64,000 nucleotides of DNA, taken from NCBI GenBank assembly GCA_017499595.2, contig CM039010.1, positions 744,001-808,000 on the forward strand, given 5' to 3'. Positions 25,209-37,863 of this stretch are shown piece after piece; position 1 is the stretch's first letter; every line of letters starts with the position of its first letter. Origin of the DNA: Psilocybe cubensis. Taxonomy: Eukaryota. A program made the translations under genes and the position numbers. Under the pieces are notes generated by a model, which made no database searches, was not told where the DNA came from, and saw only the letters and a list, made by a program, of their open reading frames with translations.

Positions 25209-28200
25209 ATGTCCTTAGCTTTGCCTCCTTCTCCTTCTCCTTTTCCTTCTCCTGATCACTCCTGGGGCGCTGGTAGTGGCTCGGATATTGAACTTGCGTT
25301 AGTCTCATTAGATTTTTATGGAGGTTTATTGATTTATTAACCACGTTGCACAGTCCTTCTACGAGACCAATAGAGACATCTAAGTACGTAATTATCTATG
25401 TGATGTGATGCAGTCTCTTTCTTACACCACGTAAAGTGGCAACAGGAGGAGGCTCCAGCGAAGTCACAGACCTTCGAACTCAGATGGGTCACGAAATGGA
25501 CGGGGACTTTGTTACCTGCAGCATTGATAAATTCATGAGATGCTATCTGCCATTTCTCCCCCTCGACAACGACATCAACCGCTGTCTAGATGAGCATCTC
25601 ATTCCAGACAATATCATAACCAGGATTGTTGACAAAGCAGGACAGGAAAGTCTTCTGTTCACTGAGTTTCCAGATACTCCGGTCATCGTTGTCGGGAAGA
25701 AAAACGAAATGCAAATTTACTCACCATTGGCCGATATCGCCAAAAGCATAGGAAATTATTCATTCCAGGTACCTGCTGGCGAAAAACCACGCACGCGCAA
25801 CAGGTTCAATTATCGTAATGCGTACAACTCCACCATCAAGTCAGATATTGAAGGAAGTAATCACAAAAATGACGGCTGCTTCACATCGGACCCTGACAAC
25901 ATTTTAAGCACATGGGGTACAGCCGTACCCGTGGAGCAGCAGGTTAGGGCCAAACACGAGGATCGGCTTGATGTGGGTGGTTTGGCTTTGACTGCTGGGC
26001 TCTGTCACTCACGTAACATTGTATAGAATATTGAAAAGATATTGTCAGCCAATGTCCAAATAATGAATGACGACGTACGACGCATGTTCACTTACGGGGT
26101 AGGTCCATTACATTTGGTCAACTCAGAAACTGACTATATTTCTCTCAAGATTACGTTCGACGCGGATGAAATGAGACTCTGGTATCATTCCAGATCTCAC
26201 TCTGCGGTTTCGGTGCCATTCAACTTTGTGAAGGTCATTTCAGTTCATTCATCTGAAATCATCTAGTCTGGTATTAACCACTGTTGACAGGAACCTCTGA
26301 AACTTGTCAAAATCTTTATGTCGTTCCTCTTCGCCACCGATGTTGAACTTGGATACGATCCCATGGTTGAGCGCCAAGAAGACGGCCACTATATTTTCAA
26401 GATTCCACGGCCTAAACCCACTGAAAGCACAATATTGCCAAGCGGTGACGCTTCATCTTCCCACAGCGCGTCTTCATCTTTGGACAGCGTGTCTTCATCT
26501 TTGGACAACGCGTCTTCATCCTCGGACGACAATGCTCTGTCTACGGATAGCAATTTTCCATCCACGGACAGCGATTCTCATCCTATAGAGGAGCAATTAT
26601 CAGTGAAGGAACAGCAAGACGCACCTGACGACTATCAGTATTACCGCACTGTCAGGGTCTTGTCTTGCTACCGTTCCAACAAGATCTCGGGCCGGATGCC
26701 CAGAGTATGGGTAATTGAGCCCTACGATCCGGTGACGAAGAAAGTCATTCCAGGAGACCAATTGGTACTCAAGGACGTTTGGATCGAGAAGAGTGCTCAG
26801 ACCGAAAGGGTAATTCAAACTGCAATTTTTGAGGACATCAACAAGTTTGGCGATTGCAAGGCCCCTCCAACAACAGACCCCGCTCTTAAAATAATCTGGG
26901 AGCAGCTCAAAGATTCTATACAAAGTCGAGAATACAAGAAACTATTTCTCACTATCGAAAATGATTACACTGGTTTTACGTCGAAAAAGCCTGCCTCTGG
27001 TTCAAAGCGCATCTGGGGGCTGCATAAACCGGTCGAGACGTCGTATAAATCTACCGGAACGACCCTTCGCAAAGAAGCCGGGCAATCTCACCCCATTCCC
27101 GCCAGCACAGAGACGAATATACATCGTCCTTTTATTCCCAAAAAGCAATACCGAATAATTTATAAGGAAGTATGTCGCACTGTAGGGGAAATGCGAACAC
27201 TGGGAGAAGCCATTGACGTCCTCCAACATATTCATACTGGTAACCATCTGTCTTTTATCTCGATTCAAATTATATAGTCTGATTGATTGTATAGCATTGC
27301 AACTTTTTTACTGCGGTGGCTGGGTGCATAGAGATATAAGCGAGGGCAACATCTTAGCTTATCGACAGGATTTTGCAGATGACTCGAAGCCCTGGCAAGG
27401 CAAGTTGATGGATCTCGAATATGCACGCAGGTTTCCTCCGCAATTTGGAGACACACAGGAACCTAAAACAGTATGCCATACTTCACTCAACTAAATTAAC
27501 TTGCCATCTGACGCAGGTATTGGAAAGGGCACTCCTTTTTTTATGCCGACGGAAATTCTTTTCGAGAGATTTCTCCATCATCCTCTACCAGATAGGCTTG
27601 GAATCAGTAATCCTTACGATAACAATGACACAGAAGAAGAAACACTTGATGAAGCGCGACACTTAGTCCATCATTTCCACCACGATTTGGAGTCTCTATG
27701 GTGGCTCATACTTTATCTCATCACCTCCCATGTCGAAGACCAACCTGCGGCAAGTTGGCCAGACTCGAATGCGCAAGCTGCTGCAATTAATGCTTGCCGC
27801 ATTTGGATCAGGCGCATCTTTCAGAACACTATGCAACTTTCATCTGAGAGGCATGCCTGCTTCATCCAATCACCGAAAAAGAAACTGGTCGAGATATTGC
27901 CCAAATCAGTGGCTGTTCATGCGCGGCATATTGAGACACTGAGAAAGGACTTATTCGATTCCTGCATAGTGTGCGTGCGGAACAATCGTATCCTAGATCA
28001 CGACTTCTATGCCACGTTACATGTACGATCTGGTTGGTTCTTTACGACGTTACAAGGTTCAGAACAAAAGGATTGGCGGAACTATGTGATAAACCCCAAG
28101 GAAACGACACCTAATGCAAAGTCTCTCACGACATCGAGCAACCCAAGTAATGCCCCATCGGATCCAGGCATAAAGGTGGGACAGGGTGATACTCCCGCTG

Positions 28201-28400
28201 CAGGCTCGAAATCTCTTGCAGCCATCGACAGTGTTAATGCTAAGCAATCGGGTCAATTAAAGCCAGCTGGCATTCAATCTAAGGAATGTCTTCCTCGACC
28301 AGTCAAAATGCAACCACTAAAACGAGGGCCCGAGAAGAATCCCAATCTAAATCAAGGGAGGTCTAAAAATGATAGTAAACGAAGCCGACATGATTCTTAA
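25209..28400 (+). CDS. FunK1 protein kinase, copy K2 (most divergent)
   Basis: Same motifs (QIMNDDVRRMFTYG, LGYDP, SGRMPRVW, VLKDVW, HRDISEGNIL, MDLEYA, GTPFFMPTEI, HDLESLWW) and the same intron positions. The start is inferred from two small 5' exons. One inferred intron is only 30 nt, so the 5' end is uncertain. Confidence 0.88.
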
Positions 28401-28759
28401 ATGTCTATCTTGTTTGCACAAACAGCCGTGCGCCATACCCCATGAAATATTCACGACGTCTGTCATTCTCTTCTCTTCTTTTACTTCCTTTTTACCGATA
28501 CTATTGCCACAGCTGCATCCAATCATTGAATGATTTGTCTTTGCCATATTGAATTTTGACTGCCGCGGTACGCAGTCGTACTACATAATGTAGTAAATAG
28601 CCTGTTAGATATAGTTTTTTGACACAACAAAAACCGAACCGAATTCATCATATGTTGGCCACATACACCGCGTCCACATCTTATTGTCCATAAACTTGGG
28701 ACAGTAACAGGAATGTGGCCCCTGTACCTATCACTATTTACTATCGGTGCTTTTATTGA

Positions 28760-29360
28760 ACCAGACTCGCCCAGCAGGAACTCGCACACTCAACAAGCCG
28801 TTACTCACCCGTTATTCAATGTGTGGTGCAAAATTTCAGCACGACGTGAAGTTCATCTGGGGCTACTTGTTTGGCTCATTATTTTTCATGTCAAAGATCA
28901 ACCCGAAGATCAGTGGCAAGGTCCAGTTACTTCTACTGAAGCAAAAAAAGAATCCAAAAACCTCATTCCAGTCTTCTAGAAGGTGTTCGACTACATTTCT
29001 GGAACAGAAAGGCATATTTTACTGGAGATAATCTTGGCATCGAGCTAAAGAGATTTTTGCCTTGTAATGTCTCCCTTCTTCCATATCCTTTCCATGTTCT
29101 CATAGCGTATATGAACAGCAAATATCCTGAGCAGGAGAAAGCTAGATCTAAAGGAAAAAAAGAATGTTATGCCAGTATTGACCGTCATCTTTGTATATTC
29201 CTCACAGATATACGTCAAACACGTCGATGGCGAAATTATGCTCTAAATCACCTCCAGTAAACGATGCCACAGACAATTATAACATACTGGCACCAATGGC
29301 CAGCGAAGAACGCAAAATGAACCGAGGTCCAGATCAAATCTTAAATGTAGATATAGAAAA
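28760..29360 (+). pseudogene. Degenerate relic of a FunK1 C-terminal exon
   Basis: FQHDVKFIW/xLLVWLIIFHVKDQPEDQW resembles K2 FHHDLESLWWLILYLITSHVEDQPAASW. CYASIDRHLCIFL..WRNYALN resembles FYATLHVRSGWFF..WRNYVIN. MNRGPDQILN resembles LKRGPEKNPN. Frameshifts and stops are present. Confidence 0.65.
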
Positions 29361-29592
29361 GACAATGGAAGTAACTTTTCTTGTAGACCGAAAGTACTAC
29401 TTTCGGTCTACAAGAAAAATTTAAAGTTCTGGTTGAATGAATTCATGCCCGCAAACCCTTCGGAGGCCCGACTGTTCAGAATACATGTGAAATATAAATA
29501 TACCGATGAGTCCAGACAGGACAATGTCGGAAGACAAGGATATTCTGTGAAGACAATGAAAGCGAATTGATGGGCTCTGCATGTTCGAATCT

Positions 29593-32500
29593 TGTTGGCC
29601 AGATTAGGAAGTTGCCCATGTGGGCTTGAATCGTGGGAACTTTGAAACACCATCCCGTGAACGCCAACCAACACAACTTCAACTTCGCGTTGTAGGTGCC
29701 TCCTCGGTGCCCCAGGTTCTGTGAAGGCATATAATGTGAGCTTAGTCCCAAATTCTATGTTCTTACCCATACTCACTGATGAGTTCTTCTCGTCCTTCCA
29801 CCCCACCCAACCCGGTACCTTCTACTACTAATGCCACTGTTGATGTCGCTTTGCCGTAAGGGTGCTGCACTTTTTTGGATTATCGCTCTACTGACACAGA
29901 ACAGACCTTCAGTTGTAGCCATCGATAAGCAACGCAAGTGAGTCTTTCGTGATTGCTCATACATATATTTGTCTGACTCTTTCTCAGTCCCTTTTTTACA
30001 CCCCGCAAGGCAGCAACTGCAGGAGGAACGAGCAAAGTTACGCAGCTTCGCACTGTCATGGCTTACGAAATGGAGGGAGAATTTATCACCTGCGGAATTG
30101 ACGACTTTATGTCACATTATTTCGCTTTTGTGCCCGACACAAACAATGTTACGAGATGCATACAGAGGCATCTGATTCCATCGGGCGTCGCCTACATAGA
30201 CAAATCTAAGCTTGTACTCTCAGAGTTCCCCGACACCCCTACTATTGACAAGGCCGTCCCAGGCAAGAAAAACGAAATGGAAGTTTTTGCACCGCTGGTC
30301 AATATTGCCAACAACATTGGCAAGTATGTGTACCAGCACCAGCCTGGCCTCGCAGGGCCGACCCCCATACGCAATAAGTTCAAGTACCGAAACGTCCCAT
30401 ACTCGTCCATCAGCTCTGACATACTTGGATCGAACCACAAAGTGGACGCGTGTTTCACATCCGATCACGATAATTTCTTGAGTACCTGGGGAACAGCTGT
30501 ATCTATTGAACAAAAGGTCAAGGTCAACAATGAACAACGACTCGATGTAAGTCTGTTTCTCAAAGCTATTAACCGAATCCGATGTATTAACTCCCACAAC
30601 TCTGTAGAATATGGAAAAGGTGCTTTCCGCCAATGTTCAGGTCATGAATGACGATGTCCGGCGCATGTTTACATACGGAGTGCGTCCCAATATATTTTCA
30701 TGCATTATCTGTTCTCATTCGAATGTAGATGACTTTTGACGCAGACCAGGTAGTTCTCTGGTTTCATTGTCGGTCCCACTCCGCAGTTTCTCAACCATTC
30801 AGCTTTGTGAAGGTATGCATTCACACTTTATTCTACCCAAAGGCTGAACGCTGAACGAAAAACTCCACAGGATCCTGAAAGACTCATCAAAATCTTTATG
30901 TTTTTCCTCTTCGCAACTGAGGAGCAGCTTGGATACGATCCATTGGTGGAACGCCAAGTCGATGGCCAATACATCTTTCGAATTCGCCATTCCAACCCAA
31001 ACTCTAACGATGCAGATGATTCTCGATTCTATCGTACTGTGAAGGTGCTCTCCGGCTACCGGTCCAACAATATCACTGGTCGAATGCCTCGAGTATGGAC
31101 CGTTGAACGTTATAATCCAACTACTGGAAAAGCAATGCCGGGCAGCCTGCAGGTCCTGAAGGATGTCTGGATCGACCATAATGCTCAAACGGAACGGCAA
31201 ATTCAAGAGGCGATCTTTGAAGCGATCAACAAATTTGGCGACCAGGAGGCACCTGAGCATCCTGACCTCAAAATCATTTGGGCACAGCGAAGGGAACTTA
31301 TTCAATCCCGAGACTATCAACGACTTTTCCTCACTATCGAAGATGACTATGACGGTAGACAGTCAAAAGTAATCGCCCCAGGGTCGCGCCGCATATGGGG
31401 TCTTTTCGACCCCGTTAGGACCTTTTACCAATCGCCAGGAACAAATTCTAGGCATGATACGGGGCACATTCGCCCGATTCATACATACAAAAAGACCAAT
31501 ATAGAGCGACATTACGTGCCCAAGAAGCAGTATCGAGTTGTATTCAAGGAGATTTGTCTGCCCATAGGATCATTGCCAACGCTTGGCGATGCGATGGATG
31601 TACTTCAGGACATTCATATCGGTCAGTATCTTTCAATCGCCACGGTCTACTGACCAATACTTATTTTTCATCCTGTAACTACAGCGCTGCAACTAATGTA
31701 CTGTGCTGGTTGGGTTCACCGAGATATCAGCGACGGCAATATTCTAGCCTGCAAAAAACAAGGATCTCAATCGCAATCTTCCACGATTTGGCAGGCCAAG
31801 CTCATGGACCTTGAATATGCGAGGCCGTTCCAGCGTCCTGACGAAGCTGCTGCTGATCCGAAAACTGTGAGCATTTCAAGTAATACTAAGATCCGGCCTT
31901 ACAAATCTAATATCTTGCTACCAGGGCACGCCCTTTTTCATGCCTATCGAGATTCTCAAGCAAGAATACTTTTATAGGAAAGGACTAGAGCAACCCGAAG
32001 ATGATGTTGATTATATTGCCTCCAGAGGCAGACGCCGTGCTGTAAAAGCTGCAAAAAATGACATTGTCACTCATAACTTCCAACACGATTTAGAGTCGGT
32101 GTGGTGGCTCATTCTCTATCTCATAGTCTCTCGCGTCTTTATTCAACCCCTCGAATACTGGGAAGGTCGCATTCTTGACGAAGGAAAAGCCGAGCGGTGG
32201 ATATCCAGCGTCTTTCAAAATCTGCTCCTTTTGTCGCAAGAGCGAAAGAGATGCTTCGATCTTGATGGCACCATCGAACAACAAATCATGGGCTTCACGC
32301 CCAATCATCTGGAAGGTCTGGTCGAAAGTCTAGAACTGAGCCAAACAGCTTTAATGTCTTTTTATCTTAACCGCGAGCGGAAGGAACAAATATACGATCA
32401 CGCCTCGTACGCCAGAGCTCATATCAACTTTGGTGAATTTCTTGAATCCGTTCAAACTCTGGAGCCTAAGACATGGCGCCAATATGTACTCCCTCTCTCT

Positions 32501-33013
32501 GACCCTATCATATCCACTCAAACCGACACCCCAGCCGACGCAGCTCCGGAAACCTCGGCTCCACAGCCCTCGACACATGCGACAATTCCTCCGAGGGAGT
32601 ATTTGTTCCGCCCCTCTAAAGTTAAGGCTAAACGAGGATCTGAAGAAAATCCCAACCGTGGTGCAGGAGGATCCAATAAAGGTGCTAAGAGATCTCGCAA
32701 TGGTGTCTGAGATTTAATTCAACGACTTTCCTCTCGACTTGGATTTCGAGGTAGATATCGCAGTGGCATGTAAGCTGCCTTGCCTCTTCCCAAGTTGTTC
32801 TTCTTCCCCTACTCCGTCCTCCCGAGTCTTGTACATATCTAGCACATTTCTGCGCTGCATGTATCCCCACGATTGTCTTTAGTGGCCTTTCAAGCTTTCA
32901 TATTTTTGATACACATATCCTGTCATCTCGTTACTTGCATGTAAACAAACGAATTTAACAAAGCGCGACCCTTGAAGCTTGACGGTTCAATGTTAAACGT
33001 TTAAGTTTAAATT
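29593..33013 (+). repeat. Segmental duplication unit containing K3. Its 5' part is repeated inverted at about 61700-63773 and its 3' part inverted at 47880-49530.
   Basis: tgttggccagattagga(a/g)gttgcccatgtggg matches the reverse complement of 63740-63773. tgacggttcaatgtt..aacgtt(t/c)aagtttaaatt matches the reverse complement of 47880-47920. Confidence 0.85.
29779..32710 (+). CDS. FunK1 protein kinase, copy K3 (appears fully intact)
   Basis: MSSSRPSTPPNP.. and two small exons splice in frame to MAYEMEGEF. All kinase motifs are present (TGRMPRVW, VLKDVW, HRDISDGN, DLEY, GTPFFMPIEI, HDLES), and it has the basic C-tail KGAKRSRNGV*. Confidence 0.9.
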
Positions 33014-33310
33014 CCTGTCTCGTGCGCCAGTGTCATGGTTGACGACAGCGAAGGTCCTCTGATATATTTTACTCATTCATCCGTTTGGCGCGTATAGGCG
33101 TATTTATTGTGATGTAGTAGACACTGGGCAGGAGGGCGATGTAGCATGCCCAGCACGGTAGTGGGGTGGTGCCAGACGTACTGGAAAACATAAAGTATAG
33201 TAATTAGAGTATATAGCGACAGGACCCTTAAACTAAAATACACCCAACCCCCAACCCACATACACATTCTAATCTAAATACTACCCTACCCCCTCGTCAC
33301 AGCAAACACC

Positions 33311-35756
33311 TCAGATCCCAACCCCATTTCGTCCAACTCGCCCATATACACCGGTCCCACGCACAACCGATCTCGCTCCGTCTCGACTCCAAACCGCTTT
33401 GTCACGTCCGAATTCCAAGTCATCTCCGGCGCGGTGCGTCCGTACGACGTCTGCACCGCCGTGAGAGGGTTGCTGAGATGCAGCGCTGCGAGGCCGACGA
33501 AGCGGGTGCGTGATGTGTGGATAATGATGCTTGTAGTGTACCATATTACCTGGCAGCTTTACAAAAATTCGATATACATGAGCCCATTAACGTCAACGAC
33601 TCGGAAGAAAGGTATGAAGAAGCAGGAGGGAGGGGAAGAACATACGCAAATACAAGAACCGCAGCCAAAAACAGCGCCAGCGCCGCGATCTGCAGCTCCG
33701 CACCGACAATATCGTCCTGCAGACGGATAAAATCGACCTCGCGGGGCTCATACATGAAGCCACCGGCGGCAAGCGCATACCGCGCGAGCTGCAGCGCGTA
33801 CACCTGCTCGTACGTCACACCGCCGTGCCCGTCTATCGTGCCTGCGCCGTCGACGGCGCGCGAGACGGCGGTGGTTTGGCCGGCGAATGCCGCGGCCATG
33901 ATGTGTTGGGTGTCGGTGGTCGAGGCGAGCGAGGCGTGTTGCATGATGAACTGTGCACCGGGGGAAGAGGACGAAGAGGAGGGGGGGTGGTAGGTGTAGG
34001 TTACGTCTAGTGCGGTGGTGTTACAGACGACGACGTTCCAGGCGCCCGTGTTCCCGTGTACGAACCAGCCACTGTATGAAAATGCAAAGGGTGTTGTTGG
34101 TAAAAATGTAATGGAAAAGAGGATCGAGCGGTTACGAACGTGTTCCCTATGACTGTTGTATGTTTTTGAGGGGGTTATAGAATAAAAAGAGGGGTTTGGT
34201 GAAGGCTTACATGTGTCAAGAGGCTGGTCGGGATCGAGATACGCGTTTGAGGTGACCACTTCACCTGTACTGAAAGGGCTTGACCCATAGTCAACACCAA
34301 ATTCCTGCAGTATACTATAGGAGCACAAAAACCCACTTGGACGAAATACTCGTGCCGTCTATACAAAAACCCTGGTCATCAAGCGCACATAAAGGTGACA
34401 TACCTGTCCCGTTCCGATACCTGATAGGCCGAGACTGCGAACAGTCCAAGTTCAACTTGACCTGTGGCCCATAAAACCCATCCGACATGAAAATACACTC
34501 TTTGGTGATCCTAACCCCCACCCCCAAGAAAAATTCAGTACCTCATCAAAACCACTCGAACTTCGAACCAACCGACTTACGTTGCACACTGCGTGCGCAC
34601 ACCAAGCGTGCGCGCCTGATACGTGACGTTCGGGGGGATGCTCGCGGGGACCAATATAGCCGTCTGGTCGTCGGCGAACGCGACGCTGTGCAGCGCCGAG
34701 TTGTTCGTGAGCACGCGTATGCCCTCTGCGAGCGTGCGGCCGCTCCCTGTGCTCTTGATGCTCAGCACGCCACACGACCCCGTGACGATCTGCTTCAGCG
34801 TGTCGGGGTAGCCCGCCGCGCTGGAGGCGGCAGCAGCGCACATCGTTGCGTTGATCGCGCGTGCGAAGGCGGGCTGCGATGGCGCGTTATTGTTGGGGTT
34901 GGTGGAGTTGGAGGAAGCGGTGGGTGTGTATGGGATGCTGGATGGGATGACGACGCTCGTGCTGCTCGCGTGCAGCCATGTGTCCGCGGCGGCGATGAGG
35001 TACGACGTTGCGAGGAGCGAGCCGAGCGTGACCACCGCGCGGCGGAGCAGTGGCGTCGCGCGCGCTTCACGCTCGGTGGCTGCGGCGGACGCGTCGGATG
35101 GGCGTCGGCTGAACATGTATTTGACCGAGACGAGCAGCGCGCCGCGGCGCAGGTTCGCGCCGTTGCATATTGACATCAACAAGCTAAGTCTAAAACCAGT
35201 TACACTCAGCGCGTAAATGGGATACAAATACTTACTGCATAGGAGTCGGCCTGTTCACATTTCCATTCCCATTACTCGCATCACCATCCTTTACCACGGC
35301 GCTCGAGCGCAGCCACCCCGCAGCCAACAAGTACGAAAACAGGCCCATCACAACAGGCACCGACACAGGCGCAACATGCGACGTCACCTGCGTAATAGTC
35401 AACACCCTGCCCAGCGGCGCGGTGCTCACGAGCGCACGCCGCGCAGGGACCACGCGGCACGCGTTGAACGCGCAGAGGTATGTGAGGAGCGCGGCGGTCG
35501 TCGCGAGCAGGCTTGCGAGGATGAGCGTGGCGGTGAGACATGTTGGGAGCACGACGCTGCGGCGCGCGGCGCGGGCTTGTGCGGTGTGTAGTTTGGATGA
35601 GGAGGGTGCGGGTGCGGGGGGTTTGGAATTGGGTGGGTAGGCGTATGTGTATGGTTCGTATGTGTGTTCTACTTCGGGGTGTTGGTAGAGTGCGGGTGGT
35701 GTCAGAGTGCTTGATTCCGGAGGGGTAAGTCTGAGCGCGGTGTACGCGGTGGCCAT
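33311..35756 (-). CDS. Uncharacterised multi-pass membrane protein with a large Cys-containing luminal/extracellular region (M1), paralogue of M2
   Basis: Exons STAPLGRVLTITQVTSH..RPTPMQ | LLMSICNGAN..ADTWLHASS..FARAINATMC..DDQTAILVP..TLGVRTQC | YGPQVKLNLDC | GWFVHGNTGAWNVVVCN..LQIAALALF, with several hydrophobic segments. Confidence 0.8.
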
Positions 35757-36645
35757 TTCAATTGCGAACGAGCACGGTTGTGTACCGTTCTCAATTCGTG
35801 TTTTTGAGGATACAATCGAGAGGATAGCGGGGGCTGGAACAGGCGCTTTGAGAGGGGTTTGACGTGAATCTCATAGCCTTCTGCTGGCGACTAAAATTTC
35901 TTGTGCCTGGAATAGAGCGCTAATACCGATAGATGCGTCTGCGTCGTGCACGATTACGGCGTCGGGGACATTGGCATTCACAGCATTCTAAATTTATCCA
36001 GGCGGTCAGTCTGTCACCAGGGAACGTCGGCTGGCTACAATTTACGAAACAAAACAATAAATTCAAGTTGTCCCTGAAGATGATTGGAATAACTTTGAAC
36101 TTTGTTTGACAATGACAGTGAACATGGAGAGTCGATGCGAGTTCCGTATTAATCGTGCTTACTTACATTATACATATCATCCTGTATCCAGATTCTATCA
36201 TTTTCCATTGAACTTGAACGAATCATGTCGATGTCCAGGGGCCAGAGTCCATCGAGTCTATAACAGTTTTATAGTCATTGATTAGTACTAGTAGAGCTCT
36301 ACTAGAGCAGAGCGTGTACTGGTACATTTTCACATCTCCAATTTAGAGCTTGTTACCCAAGGTTGAAGAGAGGGATGAGTTCAAATTCGCAAATTGCAAG
36401 GCCTTATGCCTTAGTCTGACGAGTCCAAGTGATATTTAGCGCCTTGAATCTCAATCTCGATCCTTAATTCAGCATTGTCAACTGATAAATGAGACGTTTT
36501 GGGAGTTGACAGCCTGAGGATCCGAGTCGTCACGGTGTTACTCGAGCGGCAAGATTTAGTCTAGTCCCACCCTCTTTTTACTTTTTACTTTTTACAGTAT
36601 GGCCGTGAAGAAAGGACTGGGATGAAAATATGGCTGCGACCGACT

Positions 36646-36746
36646 TGGAGTTGGGAGTCGGAGTTGGGAGTTGGGAGTTGGGAGTTGGGAGTCGGGAGTT
36701 GGGAGTTGGGAGTCGGGAGTGGGAGTCGGGAGTTTGGGAGTCGGGA
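36646..36746 (+). repeat. G-rich heptamer tandem array (GGGAGTT/GGGAGTC)n, about 13 units
   Basis: Directly visible: gggagttgggagttgggagttgggagtcgggagtt... Confidence 0.9.
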
Positions 36747-37081
36747 CGTGATAAATGCAAGCTAGTGAGTGAGCAAGAGCACCGTTTAGTTTAGAGATAC
36801 TACTACTAGCACTGTGGTTTTATCAGCATATCGTGGTATCGTGTATCGTGGTATCGTGTATCGTGTATCGTGTCTCATGTATCCTGAGAGTTAACCAAGA
36901 AAGAGACAACATGAAGTTTCGAGTTTCGAGTCTCGGGTCTCGATTCTTCAACCTCGATACTAATGCCATATCCCGAAGAACTGACGGCTTAGTGTTAGTG
37001 CTAGTAGTGCACACTGCTATCCTGATAAACCTGAGGAGCCTATGCATCAGAGTCGGATGCCGCATCACGCAAGCCAAGTCA

Positions 37082-37196
37082 ACCCCACCAATGACCTCGT
37101 CCGCTCCGACTCCTCGTCTGCATGACCACGTAGATTGGTCAAGGTTGAGACTCGACAAGCATACCAAGGCTCTGTCTGAGGCGGAAGATGGAGCAT
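37082..37196 (-). other. Candidate conserved structured-RNA/uORF motif, instance A
   Basis: Minus strand reads GCTCCATC-TTCCGCCTC-AGACAGAGCC...GAGCGGAC...GGTGGGGT. The same motif order and pairing potential occur at 63839-64000. A TATA-like TATAAAAG lies upstream on the minus strand at about 37600. Confidence 0.45.
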
Positions 37197-37863
37197 GGAA
37201 ACCAAGCGCAGGAGTGATGGCCAACTTAACAAGGGAAGAAGGGAAGAAGGAAGCAAGAGGGGACTCGACGATCGCGATTCGTGAAGGAGGAAGGGTTAAC
37301 CCGGATCACCGGACCGCGTATCGGAGTCCGGACACAGGATCACGGGACCTCCGTTTTTTTGTGGGCTGCAACGCCTTGGACTCGCTCTTTCGTCCTCGTC
37401 TTCGTCTTCGTTCTCATTTCGTTTCGTTTCATTTCGTTTCTCTTTTCCCTTGTTTTCACGTATCCAACTCATCGTATTCGGATTCGGGGCTTTGATACAC
37501 AGAATTAAAGGATAAAGGATAGACTCGAACGCACGACGTTCGCACTGCCTTGAAATCTGCTTCACTTCACGAATCCGAATCACATTTGCAAACTTTGCCT
37601 TTTATATCACACTCGCACTCAAACTCGCACTCGCACTCGCATCTAGAAAAACTCTTTCTCTCTCCAAAATATAGAGAGTAGAGTAGAATTGGGCCTTGGC
37701 ACTCGCGGACTCGAGTCTCGATAGAACGATAGAACAAGAACGATAGAGCACAACAGATTCGTTTACCAACCCTTTTATCCATCTACTTTTCTACCCGTCT
37801 ACCCATCTACCCGTACCAAAAAACCAATAACCTAGGCCCTAAAACCTAAAACCTAACACCACA

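Noticed and set aside
29560-29595. Third instance of the ACAGAGCC motif upstream of K3 (minus-strand cagagccc)
   Set aside because: Only 8 nt match and the pairing blocks are absent. It could be a remnant but cannot be supported.
36646-36746. Interstitial telomere
   Set aside because: The unit is GGGAGTY, not TTAGGG-like, and it is one of many simple repeats in this block.
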